A stretch of DNA of 64,000 bases from an uncultured Bacilli bacterium (GTDB lineage Bacteria; Bacillota_I; Bacilli_A; RF39; UBA660). The notes below the pieces were generated by a model, which saw nothing but the letters and a program-made list of their open reading frames with translations, made no database searches and was not told the origin of the DNA. The position numbers were made by a program, and so were the translations under genes. How positions within the stretch are numbered: position 1 is the first letter of the stretch; every line of letters starts with the position of its first letter. Of the stretch, positions 45,030 through 54,101 are shown one piece after another. The DNA lies in the NCBI GenBank assembly GCA_934098375.1, contig CAKOOC010000003.1, positions 6,736 to 70,735 on the forward strand, read 5' to 3'.

Positions 45030-45130
45030 AATGCAAAAGAAAAGTAGAAGATAAATCTCCTACTTTTCCCGCATCAGAACAAATCTAACGCTTCAAAATT
45101 CAGATTGGCCTATGTGTTTAACCATAGACA
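45030..45130 (-). ncRNA. Candidate small RNA or stand-alone structured transcript of about 100 nt
   Basis: On the minus strand: TTGCAA (45160-45165), an 18-nt spacer, TATAAT (45136-45141). Nested helices follow (AATCTAA...TTAGATT; CTATG...CATAG). A 9-bp terminator GAAAAGTAG...CTACTTTTC with a T run lies at 45030-45068. A separate TTGAAA-17-TATAAT promoter for rnj follows at 44994-45022. Confidence 0.25.
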
Positions 45131-45174
45131 ATTAGATTATATAACAAACATTAATAACTTTGCAAGACTTTTTT

Positions 45175-45197
45175 TAAAAAAAGTGAAAATTTTCACT
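45175..45197 (-). terminator. Rho-independent terminator after the 255-aa gene
   Basis: Palindrome AGTGAAAATTTTCACT followed by a T run on the minus strand. It overlaps the stop codon. Confidence 0.5.
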
Positions 45198-45963
45198 AAT
45201 TTTTTTCGGCTATTAATTCTTTTACATACAATATCTTTAAATCTTGCTTATTTATCTCATTTAAAATAAGCTTCATATTATCTAAAGAAACACTATTATT
45301 AATAAATATAATATCACCACTATTTATCTTATTTAAAGTATCCATAATACTTTTACTAGCGTCCACTGAATAATTAACAATATAATATTTATACTTTTGA
45401 CATTCATTTAAAAGTGAATAGTCCTTTAAACATAATTTAATGTCTTGTTTATTTTTTTTAAGTAAACTATGCAAATCTGAAAAATGCTCTTTTTCACCAT
45501 TTATATACTCCATATCATTTTTAATAGCAGTGTTTATATTTGCTACTAGTGCATACTTTATATTATTTTCATTAAAATAATCCTCTATTAACTCATTGTT
45601 ATAAATTATGAAAGATACCGCTCTTTTTTTCTCATTACCCTTAATAATTATTTTATCTTTATTATCTTCTAAAGATACTTCCGGTTTTATTAAATCATAC
45701 TTTAAATATAGTTCATTAAATGAACCAAATTCTTCCATTTTTACAAACGATTTATATTCATTAACTTCCTTCCCATTAATTCCCGGAATAATCGTATTAT
45801 CTTTTATAACAGCATTAACGGCCCTTTCATAATAATCATCTTTTTTATCTAAGATACTTTTCATAATAGGATTTTTACTATCAATATAAATCATCACTCT
45901 ATCAGTAAGATAAAAACTAAAAACAACTAAAACAATCGTAACAAAATACTTTATTTTATTCAT
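45196..45963 (-). CDS. Membrane-anchored protein, possibly a divergent polysaccharide-deacetylase-like (PdaB/YlxY-like) protein
   Basis: The ATG at 45963 has RBS AAAGGAG. There is an N-terminal TM helix. The IIPGINGKEVN segment is reminiscent of PdaB-type proteins, but no clear catalytic motif is visible. Confidence 0.3.
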   Translation of the reverse strand: MNKIKYFVTIVLVVFSFYLTDRVMIYIDSKNPIMKSILDKKDDYYERAVNAVIKDNTIIPGINGKEVNEYKSFVKMEEFGSFNELYLKYDLIKPEVSLEDNKDKIIIKGNEKKRAVSFIIYNNELIEDYFNENNIKYALVANINTAIKNDMEYINGEKEHFSDLHSLLKKNKQDIKLCLKDYSLLNECQKYKYYIVNYSVDASKSIMDTLNKINSGDIIFINNSVSLDNMKLILNEINKQDLKILYVKELIAEKN

Positions 45964-46029
45964 AAGTTCTCCTTTAATTCTCACTGATATATATTATTAT
46001 TTACTTTTAAAAATATGCCTCTTTTGAAT

Positions 46030-46380
46030 CTAATTTATTTCTTCCGGTGCTTTATCTTCTTTTTTATTTGTTAAAAATACTACTTTATCAACTATTACTT
46101 CTGTACTATATTTTTTTTCTTTATTATCATCTTCATAGACAGAACTTTTTAATTGACCTCTTACTGCAATCAAATCGCCCTTTTTAACATACTCACATAC
46201 TCTAGATGCTATTCCATCCCATAAAACACATCTAATAAAATCAGCTTCATATATTCCTTCAGCATTTTTATAACTTCTTTGCACTGCCAAAGTTATTCTT
46301 GAAACCTTTTTATTATTGTCAGTAGTTATGATTTCTGGATCTTTCGTAAGGCGTCCTATTAAACTAATTAAATTATACAT
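46030..46380 (-). CDS. ssb: Single-stranded DNA-binding protein, short form without the acidic C-terminal tip (SsbB-like)
   Basis: OB-fold pattern LIGRLTKDPE...RITLAVQR...EADFIRCVLWDGIA...KKGDLIAVRGQLKS. It ends KKEDKAPEEIN with no DDD-IPF motif. Confidence 0.8.
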   Translation of the reverse strand: MYNLISLIGRLTKDPEIITTDNNKKVSRITLAVQRSYKNAEGIYEADFIRCVLWDGIASRVCEYVKKGDLIAVRGQLKSSVYEDDNKEKKYSTEVIVDKVVFLTNKKEDKAPEEIN

Positions 46381-46435
46381 AAATTCTCCTTTCCTTCATC
46401 TTTTTACCATTAAAAAATAATTTAATCAAAGAAAG

Positions 46436-46470
46436 AAAAATTAAAAACTAGCCTTAAAAATGACTAGTTC
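46436..46470 (-). terminator. Rho-independent terminator after sufB
   Basis: On the minus strand: GAACTAG, loop, CTAGTT, followed by TTTAATTTTT. Confidence 0.4.
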
Positions 46471-46531
46471 TTCTAAATTTTATCTCCACTTTTTTAAAGT
46501 TCATCATAAAGATTTATAAATTTAATATAAA

Positions 46532-47818
46532 TTAATTATTTCTTAGTAATCTATTTAGTTCTACTGCATACTCTAAAGGAAGTTCTTTTTTAAAATCAGA
46601 AATAAATCCCAAAATAACTAATTCTTTAGCACGGTCCTCATTTAATCCTTTACTCATTAAATAAAATAATTTTTCCGCACTTAATTTAGAAACCGTTGCT
46701 TCATGTTCCAAAATACTACTATCATTTAAAACTACATTTTTAGGAATTGTATCACTCTTAGAAATATTATCCATTAAAATAGTATCGCATTTTAATGAGG
46801 CTTCACTACTTGACGCTCCCGGAAGAATTTTTATTGTTCCCCTATAATTAGCACTTCCTCCCCCTTCAGCAATACTTTTGGAAATAATAGTGCTTTTAGT
46901 ATGTTTTCCTATATGTATCATTTTAGCCCCAGCATCTAAAATTTGACCCTTTTTGGCATACGCTATACTTAAAGAACTAGATGATGAATAATCTCCTTTT
47001 AATATACTAGCAGGATACTTCATTGTTATATAACTTCCAATATTTCCATCTAGCCACTGCATATAACCATGTTCATCAACTATACTTCTTTTAGTAACTA
47101 AATTATAAACATCCGTGCTCCAATTTTGAATTGTACTATATTTGCATTTTGCTCTTTTACCAACATATATTTCTACAACCCCCGCATGAAGTGAATTCTG
47201 TGAATAACTTGTCGCTGTACAGCCTTCAATATAAGATAATTCTGCATCATCATCAACTATAATTATTGTTCTTTCAAACTGTCCCATTAACTCACTAGAT
47301 ATTCTAAAATAACTTTGTAGTGGTCTATCCAATTTTACTCCTTTAGGAATATAAATAAATGATCCACCACTCCATAACGCTCCATTTAAAGCCGTAAATT
47401 TATTTTCATCATATTTAACTAAATTATTAAAATATTCCTTAAACATTTCCGGATACTCTTTTAATGCTTCATCCGTCGATAAAAAAATAACACCTTGATC
47501 ATCTTTCATCTTATGATAAAAAACTTCACTTTCTATCTGATTAGAAACTCCACACAAATAAGTCTTTTCGGCATCTATAACACCTAATTTTTTAAATGTA
47601 TCCTTAACATCTTTATCAACATTTTCCCAGTTATCAGTTAACTCTCCCACTTTTTTATAATAATTAATTGATTCAAAATCTATATTTAATTCTGGCCCAA
47701 AATTAGGATTATCTAATTCTAAGAACTTTTTAAAAGATTTAATTCTAAAATCAAGCATCCATTCTGGTTCTTTTTTTAATTTAGAAATTTTAGTAATGTA
47801 ATCTTCATTTAATTTCAT
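46532..47818 (-). CDS. sufB: Fe-S cluster assembly protein SufB
   Basis: FERTIIIVDDDAELSYIEGCTA...LHAGVVEIYVGKRAKCKYSTIQNW... is typical of SufB. No sufC, sufD or sufS is adjacent. Confidence 0.85.
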   Translation of the reverse strand: MKLNEDYITKISKLKKEPEWMLDFRIKSFKKFLELDNPNFGPELNIDFESINYYKKVGELTDNWENVDKDVKDTFKKLGVIDAEKTYLCGVSNQIESEVFYHKMKDDQGVIFLSTDEALKEYPEMFKEYFNNLVKYDENKFTALNGALWSGGSFIYIPKGVKLDRPLQSYFRISSELMGQFERTIIIVDDDAELSYIEGCTATSYSQNSLHAGVVEIYVGKRAKCKYSTIQNWSTDVYNLVTKRSIVDEHGYMQWLDGNIGSYITMKYPASILKGDYSSSSSLSIAYAKKGQILDAGAKMIHIGKHTKSTIISKSIAEGGGSANYRGTIKILPGASSSEASLKCDTILMDNISKSDTIPKNVVLNDSSILEHEATVSKLSAEKLFYLMSKGLNEDRAKELVILGFISDFKKELPLEYAVELNRLLRNN

Positions 47819-48152
47819 AAAAAATCACCACTAAATATTATAAAACAGTTTTACACTAAAAAAAAGACTAGAATTTTAATCTCTTTTTTTCTTCTAGTAA
47901 ACTAATAACTGGTAAAACATTTTCATCAATATAGTTTTTTAAAAAAGGAAGTAACTCATTTAGATAGCGCATCAGTTAAATCCATAAAAAAAGTTAAATG
48001 ATCATTAAAATATCTATCATTTTTAAAATATACAAAAAAATCATTTAAATAACGATTTATTTCCTCCATATTATCTTTAGAGAATCTTTTTTTCATAAAT
48101 ATACCCCCTTTTAAAGTATATCACATAATTATTAAAAGCATAATAAAAAGGC

Positions 48153-48413
48153 TTATGCAGCCTCTACAATTAATTTAATCGCTGTTTTTTCGGCACCCTC
48201 AATTATAATATCTGAAAATGCTGGAATAACAACTAAATTTTTCCCACTCGGAGCAACAAATCCCCTGGCAATTGCAATAGCTTTAATCGCTTGATTTAAA
48301 CTCCCTGCTCCAATTGTTTGAATTTCTACTACTCCATCTAGTCTAAAAACGTTCGCGATTGCCCCTGCTACTTTGCTAGGATTACTCTTACTAGATACTT
48401 TTAATGTTTCCAT
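48153..48413 (-). CDS. spoVS: Stage V sporulation protein S
   Basis: METLKVSSKSNPSKVAGAIANV...IQTIGAGSLNQAIKAIAIARGFVAPSGKNLVVIPAF...TAIKLIVE closely matches the SpoVS consensus. Confidence 0.9.
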   Translation of the reverse strand: METLKVSSKSNPSKVAGAIANVFRLDGVVEIQTIGAGSLNQAIKAIAIARGFVAPSGKNLVVIPAFSDIIIEGAEKTAIKLIVEAA

Positions 48414-48497
48414 TTTGCCTCCTTCATAAAAATATTATGAAGGATATATTTGTTTTAGAATATTATTATTAGGTTTTAATTTTAAACAAAGAAGTAT

Positions 48498-49079
48498 TTA
48501 TTTTAATCCTTGGCTTTTATTAAGCTTCGTTAATTTCAAATAACTTGGAACATCTTTTACCATAATTATTTCACTTAAATGTTCTTCAACTTTTTCTTTT
48601 GATAGTTCCGATGCTAAACAAAATACATTATTACCATATCTTGTTTTACCTAAATATAAATCAGACCAATGACTTCTAAGTGATATTAAAATAGGCACTA
48701 AGGTAAAATTGCCATCATTAAATAAAACTGTATAAGGAGTAATGTCTCCTGATGGCAGTAAATTGCCTACAATTGGAAGAAGCAATGTATTTTCATTGAT
48801 AACAACCTTTACACCTTCACTATTATAAGTATAGGCTCCCTTACGATTAAAATATATTTTATTTAAATTATCTTCTTCACTTATTGCCATATCTTCAAAT
48901 TTATCTTGAACATCCTTAGGCATATCATCAAAATCACAATACAAGTTTTGAGGTTTTACCACTTTTCTTGTTACCACAAATGGCAAGCATTCTTTAAAGC
49001 CACCATTCGCAAGCATATAAACTTTAACTGATTTTAGTAGTTCTTTTGGAACATATCTAATATTTAAAAACTTTTTCAT
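48498..49079 (-). CDS. Hypothetical protein (193 aa), abutting the upstream methyltransferase gene
   Basis: The ORF start abuts the stop of 49080-49925. No motif recognised. Confidence 0.4.
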   Translation of the reverse strand: MKKFLNIRYVPKELLKSVKVYMLANGGFKECLPFVVTRKVVKPQNLYCDFDDMPKDVQDKFEDMAISEEDNLNKIYFNRKGAYTYNSEGVKVVINENTLLLPIVGNLLPSGDITPYTVLFNDGNFTLVPILISLRSHWSDLYLGKTRYGNNVFCLASELSKEKVEEHLSEIIMVKDVPSYLKLTKLNKSQGLK

Positions 49080-49925
49080 TTATTTTTCCCATCTAGCTGT
49101 AATCCCACATGGTAAAATTAAACCATCATTTGCCTTTACCCCTAATTCGGTACTAGTAATTTTTCCCGGTTTATTAATTGTTTTTCTTAAAATATTTTCT
49201 AAAACGGTCATAGATAATCCTGTTGTATATGAATTTATAATAAATAAAAGTGGTTCATCTGCAAGTAATGATGCAGCATCACTTACTAAATTATACAAAT
49301 CTTTTTCTATTGACCATACTTCATTCTTAGCCCCTCTACCAAATGAAGGTGGATCCATAATAATTATATCGTATTTATTTCCTCTTCTTATTTCTCTTTT
49401 AACTAATTTTTTTACATCATCAATATAAAATTTAATTTTGTTTTCATCAAGTTTATTTAATCTTACATTTTCTTTAGCCCATTCTATCATCCCTTTAGAT
49501 GAATCAACATGAACTACATTTGCCCCTTCCATTAAAGCAGCAACGCTAGCAGCGCCAGTATAAGCAAACAAGTTAAGAACATTTACTTCTTTATTTGAGT
49601 ATTTTATTTTATTTCTAATAATATCCCAGTTATATGCTTGTTCTGGAAACAATCCCGTATGCTTAAAACCCATTAATTTTAAATTAAATTTCATATCTTT
49701 ATAATTAACTATCCAAGACGAAGGAACATTTTTATTAATTATCCAAGCCCCACCACCTGTATTTGAGCGGTTATAAGTTGCATCCACTTTTATATTATTA
49801 TCATTACCAGGCCATATAATTTCCGGATCCGGTCTTTTCAAATAAACACTTCCCCATCTTTCGTACTTGTAGCCATTACTCATTGCTAATATTTCATAAT
49901 CATTAAAATCTTTTATTGTTTCCAT
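49080..49925 (-). CDS. Class I SAM-dependent methyltransferase (RlmI/RlmK-like)
   Basis: VLNLFAYTGAASVAA (SAM motif I), VVHVDSS and IIMDPPSFGRG. Confidence 0.65.
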   Translation of the reverse strand: METIKDFNDYEILAMSNGYKYERWGSVYLKRPDPEIIWPGNDNNIKVDATYNRSNTGGGAWIINKNVPSSWIVNYKDMKFNLKLMGFKHTGLFPEQAYNWDIIRNKIKYSNKEVNVLNLFAYTGAASVAALMEGANVVHVDSSKGMIEWAKENVRLNKLDENKIKFYIDDVKKLVKREIRRGNKYDIIIMDPPSFGRGAKNEVWSIEKDLYNLVSDAASLLADEPLLFIINSYTTGLSMTVLENILRKTINKPGKITSTELGVKANDGLILPCGITARWEK

Positions 49926-50023
49926 AACAACCTCAATTCATTAATATATTACCATATTTCTTAAGAAACAAAAAGAGTTTAAACAAACCCTTATTTTTGG
50001 AACAAAATCACACTTTTGTAATT

Positions 50024-51400
50024 TTATAACTTTATTCTATCTTCAATATACTTAACTAAATCTGCTATTCTTACCGTTTCTTGTTGCATCGTGTCACGTT
50101 CTCTAACCGTCACTGTACCATCATTAATTGTGCTATCATCTACAGTTACCGCAAAAGGTGTTCCAACCGCATCACATCTACGATATCTCTTACCAATGGA
50201 ACCACTTTCATCATAACTTACATTAAACTCTTGTGAAAGCAAACTATAAATTTCCATCGCTTTTTCACTATGATTTTTCTTGATAAGTGGCAAAATAGTT
50301 GCTTTAATCGGACTTAAATAAGGAATAACTTTTAAAACTTCTCTTTCTTCCCCGTTTTCTAAGGTTTCTTTAGTATAAGCATCACATAAAACCGTTAAAA
50401 TCAATCTATCTAATCCTACACTAGGCTCAATTACATAAGGTAAATACTTTTCATTTGTTACGGGATCTAAATATCTTAAATCTTGACCTGAATGTTTCAT
50501 GTGAACACCCAAATCATAATCTGTTCGATCAGCAATTCCCCATAATTCGCCCCAGCCCATCGGATATTTATACTCTATATCAGTAGTTGCTTTACTATAA
50601 AAAGATAATTCTTCTTTGGCATGATCACGGTATCTCAAATTTTCTTCTTTAATACCAAGTAACTTTAAGAAATTAATGCAGTACTCTTTATAATACTTAA
50701 ACCATTCTAAATCTGTTCCTGGTTTACAAAAGAATTCTAATTCCATTTGTTCAAATTCTCTAATTCTAAAAATAAAATTTCCTGGTGTTATTTCATTTCT
50801 AAAACTTTTACCAGTTTGTCCAATACCAAAAGGAACCTTTGCTCTCATACTTCTTTGAACATTTAAAAAATTCGTAAAAATACCTTGTGCTGTTTCCCCT
50901 CTTAAATAACAAATACTTTTAGCATCTTCTGTAACCCCAATATGAGTTTCAAATAACAAATTAAATTTTCGAATATCCGTAAAATCTGTGCTACCACACT
51001 TAGGACAAGCAATTTTATTATCTCTAATAAATTCCTCTAACTTTTTATTATCCCATCCATCGCCTGTTTCTTTTCCTTTAGTAAAATCTTCAACCAATTT
51101 ATCAGCACGATATCTACTTTTACATTTTTTACAGTCCATTAAAGGATCAGCAAAACTTGTAACATGTCCAGATGCTACCCAAACTTCCGGATTCATCAAA
51201 ATTGCCGCATCAAGTCCATAATTATTGGGTATCTCTGTAATAAACTTTTTCCACCAAGCTTTTCTAATATTTTCTTTTAATTCTTTTCCTAAAGGGCCAT
51301 AATCCCAAGTATTAGATAATCCTCCATAAATCTCTGAACCTTGAAATATAAATCCATAATTTTTACAATAATTAACAATATCATCCATACTAAATTTCAT
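50024..51400 (-). CDS. glyQS: Glycine--tRNA ligase (single-chain GlyQS type)
   Basis: FIFQGSEIYGGLSNTWDYGPLG, RGETAQGIF, FRNEITPGNFIFRIREFEQMELEFF and GLDRL. 458 aa. Confidence 0.95.
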   Translation of the reverse strand: MKFSMDDIVNYCKNYGFIFQGSEIYGGLSNTWDYGPLGKELKENIRKAWWKKFITEIPNNYGLDAAILMNPEVWVASGHVTSFADPLMDCKKCKSRYRADKLVEDFTKGKETGDGWDNKKLEEFIRDNKIACPKCGSTDFTDIRKFNLLFETHIGVTEDAKSICYLRGETAQGIFTNFLNVQRSMRAKVPFGIGQTGKSFRNEITPGNFIFRIREFEQMELEFFCKPGTDLEWFKYYKEYCINFLKLLGIKEENLRYRDHAKEELSFYSKATTDIEYKYPMGWGELWGIADRTDYDLGVHMKHSGQDLRYLDPVTNEKYLPYVIEPSVGLDRLILTVLCDAYTKETLENGEEREVLKVIPYLSPIKATILPLIKKNHSEKAMEIYSLLSQEFNVSYDESGSIGKRYRRCDAVGTPFAVTVDDSTINDGTVTVRERDTMQQETVRIADLVKYIEDRIKL

Positions 51401-51923
51401 TTTTTTCTACCTCTTTCTTTAATTCATCTAATGTATTTACAATCATTAAATTATCTAAATCATCATCATATAATATATGATTATTTTTATTTTTTTCTAA
51501 AAAGTTAATTAATTCATCATAAAATCCCTCATAATTATATAAAAATAACTTTTTACCTTGCTTATTAGTTTTAAATTCTTCCATAATCCCGAATAGTTCC
51601 GAATACGTTCCTGTCCCACCTGGTAATATCAAGAAAAAATCTGCTAGTTCATACATTCTTTTAAGTCTATCAAAAGAAGTATGATATTCTTCTTGTGTTG
51701 TATCAATCACACTTTTAGGATACTTATCTAAATTAATTCCATAAACACTCTTTTTATTTTCTAAAAATGTATGTGCACATATTCCCATCATTCCTTTATC
51801 ATAAGAACCATACACTAATTCAAAATTATTTTTACTAAAATATTCACATACTCTTTTAGTTTCATCTAGTATTTCTTTACTAATAAGTGGATTTGATCCA
51901 CAACCAATAAATATTTTTTTCAT
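51390..51923 (-). CDS. LOG-family (TIGR00730) nucleotide-binding / phosphoribohydrolase-like protein
   Basis: ILPGGTGTYSELFGIME matches the PGGxGTxxE motif. It overlaps the glyQS start by 11 nt. Confidence 0.65.
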   Translation of the reverse strand: MKKIFIGCGSNPLISKEILDETKRVCEYFSKNNFELVYGSYDKGMMGICAHTFLENKKSVYGINLDKYPKSVIDTTQEEYHTSFDRLKRMYELADFFLILPGGTGTYSELFGIMEEFKTNKQGKKLFLYNYEGFYDELINFLEKNKNNHILYDDDLDNLMIVNTLDELKKEVEKNEI

Positions 51924-51932
51924 TTTCCCTCC

Positions 51933-52047
51933 TAAAATAAAAAGACTCTTACATCATAGGGACGCATTTTTACGTGGTTCCACCCTATTTTAGAGTCTTC
52001 ATTTAGTTATAGCTCGTTCTTTTCCAAGGAAGTCATCGCTTAAATAC
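51933..52047 (-). promoter_or_regulatory. T-box riboswitch leader, unusually compact, preceding the LOG-glyQS operon
   Basis: Minus strand: T-box sequence AAATAGGGTGGAACCACG (51973-51990). The terminator is AAGACTCT...AGAGTCTT + TTTTATTTT (51933-52000). Stem I base is AGCGATGA...GAACGAGCT with GGA-A as a possible Gly specifier. The promoter TTGAAA-17-TATAAT lies at 52054-52082. Confidence 0.6.
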
Positions 52048-52147
52048 AAACTTATTATATAAAAATATTCTTTCTTTTTCAAGTCTTTTTATTAACACAA
52101 TTACGCCTATTTGAGTACACTATAGTAGATACAAAGGAGGTATAAGA

Positions 52148-52351
52148 ATGTATTATTATGGATATAATGGCGGTAATGCAATGGGTGGATACGGTTATGG
52201 AAACCCATGCTGCAATTCAGGTTATAGCTATGCAGGAAATACTGCTGGTGGCTATGGATTAGGTGCTGCCTTATGGATAGTTCTATTTATTCTTTTAGTT
52301 ATTATTATCGGAGCTGGCTGGAGCTGGGGAAACAACAACAATAATAACTAA
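52148..52351 (+). CDS. YjcZ-like tiny sporulation-type membrane protein (Gly/Tyr-rich N-terminus, one TM helix)
   Basis: MYYYGYNGGNAMGGYGYGNPCC...GLGAALWIVLFILLVIIIGAGWSW resembles the YjcZ-family pattern. RBS AAGGAGG. Confidence 0.55.
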   Translation: MYYYGYNGGNAMGGYGYGNPCCNSGYSYAGNTAGGYGLGAALWIVLFILLVIIIGAGWSWGNNNNNN

Positions 52352-52363
52352 TTAAAGATTATT

Positions 52364-52388
52364 GACTATTTAGTTAATAGTCTTTTTT
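52364..52388 (+). terminator. Rho-independent terminator after the YjcZ-like gene
   Basis: GACTATT-TAGTT-AATAGTC followed by TTTTTT. Confidence 0.65.
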
Positions 52389-52452
52389 AGTGTAATAAAA
52401 AGCATATTATCTATTAAATTATGTTATAATTTCTTTAGAGAGGAGAAAACTT

Positions 52453-53211
52453 ATGGAGCCAATTATAATTTTGCTAATTTTTTTAGTAATAATTCTTTTA
52501 CTAAGATCTATTAGACAAATTAATGAATATGAAAGAGGCGTATTATTTCGTTTTGGTAAATTCAAACGTATTTTAAATCCTGGTTGGAGATTAATTTTTC
52601 CTATCATCGATTCCATGAAAAAAGTAGATATTAGAACTAAAGCTGTTGATGTACCTGAGCAAGATGCAATTACTAAAGATAATGTTTCTATTAGAATTAA
52701 TGCTGTTCTATATTACAAGATATTCGATGCATCTAAAGCCATTATTGCCGTTGAAAACTATAAATATGCTGTTGCTCAGTTAGCCCAGACTACTATGCGT
52801 AACGCTGTTGGTGCCGTATCTTTAGATGAATTACTTGCCGAAAGAGATAAAATTTCTGAAGAAATTTGTAAAATCGTTGATGAAGCCACTGACCCCTGGG
52901 GTGTCAAAGTTGAAAATGTTGAACTAAAAGACATCTCTTTACCAGAAGAAATGAAAAGAGTTATTGCTAGAGTTGCTGAAGCGGAACGTGAAAAAGAAGC
53001 CGTTATAACTAAAGCTAAAGGTGAAGTTGAAGCATCAGAAAACTTGGCCAAAGCAGCTGATCTTATGTCTAAAACACCAGGTGCAATGCACTTAAGAACT
53101 TTATCAACAATAAGCGATATTTCTTCAGATCAATCTAACACTATTGTTTTTGCTCTTCCTATTGAAGTTTTAGAAGCAATAAAAGGATACTCTGAAAACA
53201 AAAAGAAATAA
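52453..53211 (+). CDS. SPFH/stomatin-family (slipin) membrane protein
   Basis: N-terminal TM helix, then EYERGVLFRFGKF...DVPEQDAITKDNVSIRINAVLYY...LAERDKI...ERE. RBS GAGAGGAG. Confidence 0.85.
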   Translation: MEPIIILLIFLVIILLLRSIRQINEYERGVLFRFGKFKRILNPGWRLIFPIIDSMKKVDIRTKAVDVPEQDAITKDNVSIRINAVLYYKIFDASKAIIAVENYKYAVAQLAQTTMRNAVGAVSLDELLAERDKISEEICKIVDEATDPWGVKVENVELKDISLPEEMKRVIARVAEAEREKEAVITKAKGEVEASENLAKAADLMSKTPGAMHLRTLSTISDISSDQSNTIVFALPIEVLEAIKGYSENKKK

Positions 53212-53233
53212 CCAGTTTAAGGTTATTTCTTTT
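53205..53233. terminator. Bidirectional terminator between convergent genes
   Basis: 9-bp stem GAAATAACC / GGTTATTTC with a 7-nt loop, followed by TTTT. Confidence 0.6.
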
Positions 53234-54095
53234 ACCATAAATTCAAAGGATAAAATCCTTTTTTTATTTTTTCCTCTACTTTAATTCTTATATAGTCAGC
53301 ATCTTCTGGATAAGTAATTTCATACCAATCAGCATCAGATTTAACAACATTTAAATTAAAATTATCATTTAAAACCATTTTAGATATAACATCTGGGAGC
53401 ATAAATTCATCATTAGAAATATCTAAAGTATTTACTTTAAACTCATACATATATTTTTTTAACAAACTAAAAATTTGTTTATTAAATGCCCATGCATTAG
53501 TTGAAACTAATGTATTTTTATTTACTTTTAATTTCTGTTTAGTTTTTAAATCTCTTGCTATAATAACATCATTATCTTTATATACTAATGACTCTTTTAT
53601 AATTTCTTGATTATTTTCTCTAAAGATTAATCCCCTTTTTACCTCTTTATCATTCGTTAATGTTTTTATAATTTCATAACCAACTAGATTTATATTATTT
53701 TCTTTACTATTTATAAGTGCATCATAAAGTTTTTTAAAACAATCTTCACCATACCAATTATCCCCATTAATAATTGCAAATTTATCACTAACAACATCTT
53801 TAATCATATATAAAGCATGTGCTGTTCCCCAAGGCTTATTTCTATTTATACCATTTAGTTCACTAGTCTGACAAACATATATAATAGGCACATTTTTTAT
53901 TCTTTTATTTATCGTTTCTTCAAATAATTCTTGATATTCTTTTCTTATTATTATAATAATTCTTTTAAAACCCGCTTTAATCGCATCATAAATATTATAA
54001 TCAATAATAAATTCTCCATTTACTCCGACTGGACAAAGCTGTTTTAATCCTCCAAAACGCGATCCTTTACCAGCCGCCATTATAACCAAATCCAT
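53232..54095 (-). CDS. Sugar-phosphate nucleotidyltransferase family protein
   Basis: The N-terminal MDLVIMAAGKGSRFGG...K signature of the NTP_transferase fold. Confidence 0.7.
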   Translation of the reverse strand: MDLVIMAAGKGSRFGGLKQLCPVGVNGEFIIDYNIYDAIKAGFKRIIIIIRKEYQELFEETINKRIKNVPIIYVCQTSELNGINRNKPWGTAHALYMIKDVVSDKFAIINGDNWYGEDCFKKLYDALINSKENNINLVGYEIIKTLTNDKEVKRGLIFRENNQEIIKESLVYKDNDVIIARDLKTKQKLKVNKNTLVSTNAWAFNKQIFSLLKKYMYEFKVNTLDISNDEFMLPDVISKMVLNDNFNLNVVKSDADWYEITYPEDADYIRIKVEEKIKKGFYPLNLW

Positions 54096-54101
54096 AAATA
54101 C

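Noticed and set aside
52419-52616. 65-aa minus-strand ORF overlapping the start of the SPFH gene
   Set aside because: It is antisense to a strongly supported gene with a good RBS, and it has no features of its own.
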